Assembly: GCA_017959625.1 (NCBI GenBank)
Contig: JAGDAG010000202.1
Coordinates: 1-50,539 of the forward strand
Reading direction: 5' to 3'
Source of the DNA: Abditibacteriota bacterium
GTDB lineage: Bacteria; Armatimonadota; UBA5829
Length of the DNA: 50,539 bases
The position numbers were made by a program, and so were the translations under genes. The notes beneath the pieces are model-generated. The model saw only the letters and a program-made list of their open reading frames with translations. It did no database searches and was not told the origin of the DNA. Below are positions 44,702-50,539 of the stretch, one piece after another. Within the stretch, counting starts at the first letter, position 1. Every line of letters starts with the position of its first letter.

Positions 44702-45576
44702 TTTTTATCTCCCAGGATATGCGACAACAAACGCTTCAGCTCGTTGTCGTCGGCGAATTCTATCACTATCTGTCCCTTTGTTTTCCGTTTCAGCACCCTG
44801 ACGCCGGTGCCCAGCGCGTTTTTCAGAGCCGCCTCCGCTTCGGGGACGGCTATGGTTTCACGTGAAACATTTTTCGTTTTTTTACCGGCTGCGGGCTCGG
44901 ACATATCCCCCAGGGGGTTGTTGATTATGCGGGCAAGCTCCTCGGCGTCCCTCACGGTAAGGTTTTCCCCGGCTATCCTTTCCGCAAAGGGGATGCGGTT
45001 CTCCTCGGCCACGGACAAAACGGCGCGGGCATGCCCTTCGCTGATATATTTTTTATTGAGCATATCCAGCACCGGCTCGGGCAGCGACAGCAGCCGGAGG
45101 AGGTTGGCAACGGCGCTGCGGCTTTTTCCCACCACAGAGGAAAGAGCCTCCTGGGTATAGCCGAATTCGTCTATAAGCTGCCGGTATGCCCTGGCCGTTT
45201 CTATGGGGCCTATATCCTCGCGCTGTATGTTCTCGATGACCGCCAGTTCCAGCATCTGGGTGTCCGTAACGTCGCGGACTATGGCGGGGATGGTTTTCAG
45301 GCCGGCCAGCCGGGACGCCCTGAAACGCCGTTCTCCGGCAATAAGCTGGTAGCCGCCGCCGTCTTTTTTTCTGAGAAGCACCGGCTGCAGGACGCCGTGT
45401 TTTTTTATGGATTCCGCCAGCTCTTCCAGGGCCTCCCGGTCGAACCGGCGCCTGGGCTGGAAAGGATTGGGCTCGATAAGCACCGTTTCCACTGCCACGG
45501 GAGCGCTTTCCGGCGCGTCTATCCGGTTCACGTTGAAAAGGTTTGCCAGCCCCTTACTCAAGGTTTTGTTTTCCAA
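44698..45576 (-). CDS. parB: chromosome partitioning protein ParB/Spo0J
   Basis: Contains PNPFQPRRRFD, GVLQPVLLR, LIAGERRFRASRLAG and ENIQREDI. I place the start at TTG 45576 (GGAGG 9 nt upstream), which overlaps the parA end by 23 nt. The track ORF extends to 45657. Confidence 0.88.
   Translation of the reverse strand: MENKTLSKGLANLFNVNRIDAPESAPVAVETVLIEPNPFQPRRRFDREALEELAESIKKHGVLQPVLLRKKDGGGYQLIAGERRFRASRLAGLKTIPAIVRDVTDTQMLELAVIENIQREDIGPIETARAYRQLIDEFGYTQEALSSVVGKSRSAVANLLRLLSLPEPVLDMLNKKYISEGHARAVLSVAEENRIPFAERIAGENLTVRDAEELARIINNPLGDMSEPAAGKKTKNVSRETIAVPEAEAALKNALGTGVRVLKRKTKGQIVIEFADDNELKRLLSHILGDKK
44854..44869. promoter_or_regulatory. parS centromere-like site inside parB
   Basis: GGTTTCACGTGAAACA matches the TGTTTCACGTGAAACA consensus at 15 of 16 positions. 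Perfect 14-nt palindrome core at 44855-44868. Confidence 0.85.
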
Positions 45577-46330
45577 ATTCGGACACCTCCACAGAAAATG
45601 CTCCGTATATCTCCGCGCCTCTGGAGCCGGGGGCATAGGTAAAAATGGATTTCCCAAAGCCCGGAGCCTCGGAAAGCTTCGCGTTTCTCGGCACTATCAC
45701 TCCCGACACCCGGGAACCGAAAAAGTCTTTCACTTCCTTTGCGATCCGTTCGCTGAGATCCGTTCTGTAATCGAACATGGTCAAAAGTATCCTGCCCACG
45801 GAAAGCTCCGGATTCAGGTTGCGCGTCACCAGGGAAATAGTCTGAAGCAGCTGGGTTATGCCCTCCAGGGCGTAGTATTCGCACTGGATGGGAAGAATGG
45901 TATATCTGGCGCAGGTAAGCACGTTTATGGTGAGAAGCCCGAGAGAAGGGGGACAGTCGATGATTATATAACCGTAATCTCCGCTCACTTCATCTGCGGC
46001 GAAGCTCAGCCTTTTTTCCCTGGACATAACGCTCATGAGCTCTATGTCCGCGCCGGCGAGATTCAGGGTGGCGGGGGCGATCCACAGGTTTTTTTCGCCT
46101 GTTTTCACCACCACGTCCTTCATGGACGCGCCTCCCGTCAGCACGTCATACATACAATGCTCAAGAGACGATTTGTCTATCCCCAGGCCTGTGGTAGCGT
46201 TGCCCTGAGGATCCATGTCCACCAGCAGCACCTTCTCGCCCAGTATCCCCAGGCCTGCCGCAAGATTTACTGCAGTGGTGGTTTTTCCCACTCCGCCCTT
46301 CTGGTTCACTACAGCATATATATTTTTCAT
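45554..46330 (-). CDS. parA: chromosome partitioning ATPase ParA/Soj
   Basis: 258 aa. Has the deviant Walker A NQKGGVGKTTT and VDMDPQGN. Confidence 0.93.
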   Translation of the reverse strand: MKNIYAVVNQKGGVGKTTTAVNLAAGLGILGEKVLLVDMDPQGNATTGLGIDKSSLEHCMYDVLTGGASMKDVVVKTGEKNLWIAPATLNLAGADIELMSVMSREKRLSFAADEVSGDYGYIIIDCPPSLGLLTINVLTCARYTILPIQCEYYALEGITQLLQTISLVTRNLNPELSVGRILLTMFDYRTDLSERIAKEVKDFFGSRVSGVIVPRNAKLSEAPGFGKSIFTYAPGSRGAEIYGAFSVEVSEFGKQNLE

Positions 46331-46348
46331 TTATCCCTTACCCCGTAT

Positions 46349-46372
46349 AAAAAAAACCGGAAACCTCCGGTA
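46349..46372 (-). terminator. intrinsic terminator after tRNA-Ser, only about 19 nt upstream of the parA start
   Basis: The minus strand reads CCGGA-GGUU-UCCGG followed by UUUUUUUU. Confidence 0.6.
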
Positions 46373-46383
46373 TAAAAAACAAA

Positions 46384-46473
46384 GGAGAGACCGGGATTCG
46401 AACCCGGGGCGCCACGATAAAGTGGCGCGACGGTTTTCGAAACCGCTCCCTTAAACCGCTCGGGCACCTCTCC
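46384..46473 (-). tRNA. tRNA-Ser (anticodon CGA)
   Basis: The 90-nt minus-strand sequence GGAGAGGTGCCCGAGCGGTTTAAGGGAGCGGTTTCGAAAACCGTCGCGCCACTTTATCGTGGCGCCCCGGGTTCGAATCCCGGTCTCTCC folds as a cloverleaf. It has a 7-bp acceptor stem, anticodon loop UUCGAAA, a long variable arm (GCGCCAC/GTGGCGC) and a GTTCGAAT T-loop. CCA is not encoded. Confidence 0.9.
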
Positions 46474-46520
46474 TTACAAAATTATTATACCCGTTTTAGG
46501 CCTATTATGCAAGTTTTTGC

Positions 46521-48419
46521 TCAAAAAGAACGTCCGTATTTCCCGAGAGCGTCAAAATAATACATAAGCCCTATCTGGCAGAAAGCGGTGCTTTCGGGAT
46601 ACATATTGTTGTAAACGGTATCCTCTGCGCCGTCTCCGTCCGTATCCTCCGCCCAGTTGTAAACGCCTCCCGTCTCGCTGAAGATGCGTATCCCCGGGGG
46701 ATTGTTCCCCAAAAGGTATTCCGCAATTTTCCGGCATCTGTCAAGATACCGTATATCTCCGGTCACAGTATAAAGAGAGGCAAGAGCCTGGAGCCAGTGC
46801 CCCGTCTGATAGTAAAAGAACTGGCCCTTTGCCTTCCAGGCGCCGTCTGCCCTTCCCCAGCGGTAAGTCATTTCCCCGGGGACGAGAGAAAGCCCGAAAT
46901 TGACGGCCTCTCCCCCGAATTCGCTGCGCCGGACGTAAAGGGAAAGCCAGTAGTCCGCCCCCCGGACGGCGCATTTTTTCCACCTTTCTGCGCAAGGGTC
47001 TCCGGCAAACGCCCTGCAGCCCTCCGAAAGCGCCGCCACCGCCATGCTGTCAACGTTGGGATATACGCTCCAGCGGCCTTCCGACTGCAGGCAGCACAGG
47101 GCGTCGAGACAGCTTTTGCAGGCTTCCTTAAAGGATACGGGCCGGCCGTTTTCTGCCGTGAATGCCGTTTCGTTTCCCCATATCCCGGCGATTACGGCAA
47201 GCCCCAGGGAAAGGTAGGCGTGCTCTCCGGCGTCTCTCCAATAGGGGTGTCCTTCGCTGTCGGTTTTTGTATATCCGCCGTCAAAGCCGTCCCGCAGGCA
47301 AAAGCCCAGCCCCATGCGTATCGCTTCCTTTACCTTTTCCCTTTGGGGGTTCCCGGGGTCGCAGACGGCGCTTTCGCACAGGGCCCATATGCATCTTCCG
47401 TTCAGGACGCCGCCTGCCGCATAATCCAGAAACGCCGGGTTATAAAACCAGCCCGTTCCCTCGGTCATAAAGTCTCCGTTTACAAACATCCCGTAGCGGA
47501 AGGCCCCTTTGGTGTATTTTTCTCTTATCCCTCTGTGGTCCGTAAGCGCCAGGGTCCCTTCGGAGGCGTTCTGCATGGCCATAAGGTTCTCCGTCCCCTG
47601 CCGGCACATTTCCGCCAGGTTGTCGTCAAAGGGCTTCCCGAAACGGGGAAGGCGCATGAGATACATTATGAGGATATCGGAAAAGTCGTTGGAAAAGGCG
47701 TAGGGCATATAATTCCCGAAAGCGTTGTTTTCCGGGTCATTGTCCAGAGGGTGGTCGTTGGTGGAATTGAACCAGGAAGGCCACACGCTTTGCCAGAAAC
47801 ACCGGGCCGGCCTGTTTCCCAGGGGGAAGCCTTTGTCCCTTCCCGCAAAATCATAAAGGGCAAAATCTTTTTTGAAGGCCGCAAGGTCTTCGGGGCGGGC
47901 CAAATCGAAGCCGTTTTCGTATATCCTTCCGGAAAGCCGGGCGCCTTTGCTGTTCATATACAGGTTCAAAAGACGCCTTACCTGCGGGAATTCCTTTGCT
48001 TTTGCGTCTCTTCGCCCCCTCTTGTCCAGAAGATCGTTGGTAAAGGCGGAGGGAAGCTCCGGAAAGCTGCTGCCCACAAAGCATATCACCGCCCCTTCCG
48101 CGCTTTCTTCGCCACCGAAGCCGTCATGCGGGGAAGCGTCTATATAGTAAATATCCTCCCGGGCTTTCCCCCGTCCGAAAGGGTATCTCACGGAAAAACA
48201 GCCGTCGGAGCCGGCCGGGGCAGTTTTGCGAAAGGAACGCCCCGTTTTCCCTTCCGTCACCCGAAGATATACGCGGTCCCCTCCGGCGACATGCCCGGAG
48301 ATATCAAAAAACCCCGGAGCCGCGTCTTTTATCCCGCAGCAGGAAAGAGTGACGCCTGCCTTTCCGAATGCTCCGCAGGAAAGGAGCAGGACCGCCGTCA
48401 GCAAAATGATCTTTTTCAT
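46521..48419 (-). CDS. lipoprotein, 632 aa, possibly (alpha/alpha)6-barrel glycosidase-like; function unknown
   Basis: Starts at the internal MKKIILLTAVLLLSCGAFG (lipobox). ATG 48419 with GGAGG 6 nt upstream. The 92 aa upstream in track ORF 46521..48695 run through the promoter and parS region. Confidence 0.72.
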   Translation of the reverse strand: MKKIILLTAVLLLSCGAFGKAGVTLSCCGIKDAAPGFFDISGHVAGGDRVYLRVTEGKTGRSFRKTAPAGSDGCFSVRYPFGRGKAREDIYYIDASPHDGFGGEESAEGAVICFVGSSFPELPSAFTNDLLDKRGRRDAKAKEFPQVRRLLNLYMNSKGARLSGRIYENGFDLARPEDLAAFKKDFALYDFAGRDKGFPLGNRPARCFWQSVWPSWFNSTNDHPLDNDPENNAFGNYMPYAFSNDFSDILIMYLMRLPRFGKPFDDNLAEMCRQGTENLMAMQNASEGTLALTDHRGIREKYTKGAFRYGMFVNGDFMTEGTGWFYNPAFLDYAAGGVLNGRCIWALCESAVCDPGNPQREKVKEAIRMGLGFCLRDGFDGGYTKTDSEGHPYWRDAGEHAYLSLGLAVIAGIWGNETAFTAENGRPVSFKEACKSCLDALCCLQSEGRWSVYPNVDSMAVAALSEGCRAFAGDPCAERWKKCAVRGADYWLSLYVRRSEFGGEAVNFGLSLVPGEMTYRWGRADGAWKAKGQFFYYQTGHWLQALASLYTVTGDIRYLDRCRKIAEYLLGNNPPGIRIFSETGGVYNWAEDTDGDGAEDTVYNNMYPESTAFCQIGLMYYFDALGKYGRSF

Positions 48420-48429
48420 ACGCCGCCTC

Positions 48430-48445
48430 CGTTTCACGTGAAACA
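48430..48445. promoter_or_regulatory. second parS site, in the 5' leader of the 48419 lipoprotein gene
   Basis: CGTTTCACGTGAAACA has the same 14-nt palindrome core (48431-48444) as the site in parB. Confidence 0.8.
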
Positions 48446-48469
48446 TTTGGGGCACGACGCCCCGCGTAT

Positions 48470-48478
48470 ATTGTAGCA
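48470..48478 (-). promoter_or_regulatory. extended -10 element (TGCTACAAT) for the 48419 lipoprotein gene
   Basis: The minus strand reads TGCTACAAT. This would place parS at roughly +18 to +33 of the transcript. Confidence 0.45.
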
Positions 48479-48511
48479 TCCCGAGAAAACAAATACAACA
48501 TATTTTTCCTC

Positions 48512-48541
48512 TTGCAATAGATATGAGATAAACAGTATAAT
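48512..48541 (+). promoter_or_regulatory. promoter of the Gfo/Idh/MocA gene
   Basis: TTGCAA (48512-48517), an 18-nt spacer, then TATAAT (48536-48541). AAGGAG lies 6 nt before ATG 48592. Confidence 0.55.
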
Positions 48542-48591
48542 AAAGAGGGCGAAAGGCCCACACACGCGGAACGCGATCCCAAGGAGTCTCT

Positions 48592-49625
48592 ATGAAAAAA
48601 TTCAACATAGGGGTGATAGGCTGCGGATACATAGCCAAAAAAGCCCATTTTCCGAACATAGCATCCAAATACAACCTTTGCGCCGTGTCCGACACGGACC
48701 TGAGCAGGGCGGAGGCGGTAAAAAAAGAATACGGAGCCGAATACGTTTTTGACGATTATAAAAAGCTGCTGGCCCTGAAAGAGCTCGACGCAGTGCATAT
48801 CTGCGCTCCGAATTATCTCCACGCCCCCATAGCTCTGGAAGCTCTGGAGGCCGGAAAGCACGTGCTGGTGGAAAAGCCAGTCGCCACCACTGTAAAAGAC
48901 GCCGAGGCCATATACCGGAAAGCCCGGGAGAAAAAGCTGAAGGCCATGTCCGCCAACTGCTTCAGATACCTTACAGAGTGGAGCATACTGAAATCCTTTA
49001 TAGACAGCGGGCGGCTGGGAGAGATATATTACGTCAACGTCAAGGCCATGAGAAGGCGGGGGATACCTCCCCACGGCGTGTTTACCAACAAGGCGCTGCA
49101 GGGCGGGGGGCCTCTTATAGACATAGGGGTCCATCAGCTGGATCTGGCGGTATATCTTCTGGGAATCCGAGACCGGCGAGGGTCACGGGGCAGATCTGGA
49201 CAAAGATCGGCAACACCCCCGGCCACGCCTGGGCCGAGCGGGGCCCCTGGGACCATGAGAATTATGATATAGAAGACCTGGCCTGCGGTTTCGTGCATTT
49301 TGACAACGGAGTGGTGATGAACGTGGAGGCATCCTTTGCGGCAAACATCAAAGAGGATATATTCCGGGTAAGCCTTATGGGGACCAGGGGCGGAGCAGAC
49401 AGCAAGCCTCTCGCCGTCTGGACCGAAGACTGCGGCGTACTGCTGGACGCCGTCCCCCATTACGTTCCCGTCACCAATTTCTACGCCGCGGAGATAGACG
49501 GCTTCTACAAGGCGGTGGAGGAAGACACGGAGGTGCCCGTCAAGCCCGAAGAAAGCGTGAACGTGCTGAAGATAATCGAAGGTATCTACGAATCCTCCCG
49601 CCAGGGGAAGGAGATACTGCTTTAA
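48592..49625 (+). pseudogene. Gfo/Idh/MocA family oxidoreductase interrupted by a 1-nt frameshift
   Basis: Frame 1 (48592..) gives the Rossmann half: NIGVIGCGYIAKK...EKPVA...GGGPLIDIGVHQLDLAVYLLG. The homologous C-terminal half continues in another frame (NPRPARVTGQIW...FHFDNG-like...IIEGIYESSRQGKEILL, ending 49625). The switch lies at about 49161-49166 (CTGGGAATCCG). One extra A (GGA AAT CCG) would restore a single ~344-aa frame. Confidence 0.75.
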
Positions 49626-49645
49626 AAAACTCACTATCCCTTTTT

Positions 49646-49678
49646 AGCAAACGCCCCCCGCGGGGCGTTTGCTTTGTT
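49646..49678 (+). terminator. intrinsic terminator after the oxidoreductase gene
   Basis: AGCAAACGCCCC-CCGC-GGGGCGTTTGCT forms a 12-bp stem followed by TTGTT. Confidence 0.8.
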
Positions 49679-49754
49679 CCTCTTCTTTTACCCTCCGGGG
49701 CCCCGAAAAGCTTCCAAAAAGTTTGTTTTTCTGTGACCGGCCGCCGCGTATATA

Positions 49755-49763
49755 TGCTATAAT
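49755..49763 (+). promoter_or_regulatory. extended -10 element (TGCTATAAT) upstream of dnaE
   Basis: TGCTATAAT lies 30 nt upstream of ATG 49793. AGGAG is at 49781-49785. Confidence 0.55.
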
Positions 49764-49792
49764 AGTTATGTAACGCAACAAGGAGAAACCAT

Positions 49793-50539
49793 ATGGAAAC
49801 AGAATCCGGCAAAACACCCTTCGTCCACCTTCACATGCACTCGGAATACTCCATTCTTGACGGTCTTTCGGGAATAGATTCCATGGTAGAAAGAGTGAAG
49901 GCTCTGGGCATACCTGCCGCCGCCCTCACCGACCACGGAGTGATGTACGGGAACCTGGCCTTTTACGACGCCTGCAACAAAGCGGGGATAAAGCCCCTGC
50001 TGGGCTGCGAGATATACGTTGCCCCCCGTTCCATGGAACAGAAGGAAAGGGGCATAGACGACAAAAACTATCACCTGGTGCTGCTGGCAAAAAACGAAAA
50101 GGGGTACCGGAATCTGGTCAAGCTGGTGTCCAGAGCATATATATCGGGTTTTTATTACAAGCCCAGGGCAGACAAGACCCTCCTGAAGACCTACAGCGAG
50201 GGGCTCATCGCCCTGTCTGCCTGCCTGGGAGGCGAGATACCTCAGATGATACTGTCGGGAAATATGGACGCCGCCCGGCAGGCTGTCGGCGAGTATGCCG
50301 ATATTTTCGGAAAAGACGATTTTTATCTGGAGGTTCAGGACCACGGGATCCCCGAAGAAAGGCTGGTTGCAGAGGCTGTTCAGAAGCTTGCGGACGAAAC
50401 CGGACTGAAGGCAGTCTGCACCAACGACAGCCATTATACACTGCGGGAGGACAGCGACGCCCACGACACTCTTATCTGCATTCAAACCAAAAAAATGAAA
50501 TCCGACCCGGACCGTATGAAATATGAACCGGAAAAATAC
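49793..50539 (+). CDS. dnaE: DNA polymerase III alpha subunit, N-terminal PHP domain (3' end runs off the window)
   Basis: My translation from ATG 49793 gives METESGKTPFVHLHMHSEYSILDGLSGIDSMVERVKALGIPAAALTDHGVMYGNLAFYDACNKAGIKPLLGCEIYVAP...HLVLLAKNEKGYRNL. The frame is open to the end of the window, so it is not in the track. Track ORF 49766..50485(-) is its antisense shadow. Confidence 0.92.
   Translation, partial: METESGKTPFVHLHMHSEYSILDGLSGIDSMVERVKALGIPAAALTDHGVMYGNLAFYDACNKAGIKPLLGCEIYVAPRSMEQKERGIDDKNYHLVLLAKNEKGYRNLVKLVSRAYISGFYYKPRADKTLLKTYSEGLIALSACLGGEIPQMILSGNMDAARQAVGEYADIFGKDDFYLEVQDHGIPEERLVAEAVQKLADETGLKAVCTNDSHYTLREDSDAHDTLICIQTKKMKSDPDRMKYEPEKY

Noticed and set aside
49766-50485. 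239-aa minus-strand ORF at the right edge
   Set aside because: It is the antisense shadow of the dnaE PHP-domain coding sequence, which is missing from the track only because it has no stop in the window.
1-50539. Search for mobile elements, prophage, CRISPR, toxin-antitoxin or known defence systems
   Set aside because: I recognised no transposase, integrase, recombinase, Cas, restriction-modification, reverse-transcriptase or phage structural motifs in any frame. I noticed no long direct or inverted terminal repeats. tRNA-Ser is not followed by an integrase or a duplicated tRNA 3' end.

Overview
High-GC (about 60%) bacterial chromosomal window with about 45 protein genes, mostly on the minus strand. 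Genes are tightly packed, with many 1-, 4- and 8-nt start/stop overlaps. (1) Positions 1-14765 form one 15-gene aromatic amino-acid super-operon on the minus strand: trpE-trpG-trpD-trpC-trpF-pheA-aroB-aroC-aroE::aroK fusion-aroQ-aroA-tyrA-DAHP synthase-trpB-trpA. It sits behind a perfect consensus promoter and a T-box leader with a probable Trp (UGG) specifier. (2) Positions 14.8-27.8 kb hold sugar, glycan and miscellaneous metabolism genes. These are a GH78 rhamnosidase, a GxGYxYP-like lipoprotein, manA, a two-subunit class I fumarate hydratase, a cyclophilin, a rhodanese/cyclophilin-like lipoprotein, a URO-D/MtaA-like paralog, and a small protein whose N-terminus looks like DnaA domain I. 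(3) Positions 27.9-30.2 kb hold an SLH/coiled-coil/beta-barrel outer-membrane porin. The 488-bp gap between it and hrcA contains a dense cluster of DnaA boxes next to an A/T tract. (4) Positions 30.2-50.5 kb hold hrcA, a sugar-phosphate isomerase and a long minus-strand string: holA, an RNase H-domain fusion, a secreted protein, URO-D paralog 2, a Cys-rich mini-protein, a nucleoside hydrolase and a lipoprotein. They are followed by URO-D paralog 3, the unit tRNA-Ser / parA-parB-galK-trxA-rph-rdgB-argS, two parS sites, a frameshifted Gfo/Idh/MocA oxidoreductase and the 5' end of dnaE. I saw no transposase, integrase, CRISPR array or recognisable defence genes. The most notable signals are replication and segregation related: the orphan DnaA-box cluster, the DnaA-domain-I-like orphan and the parS pair. 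The T-box-gated aromatic super-operon is also notable. Long plus-strand ORFs in the track are antisense shadows of the real minus-strand genes.
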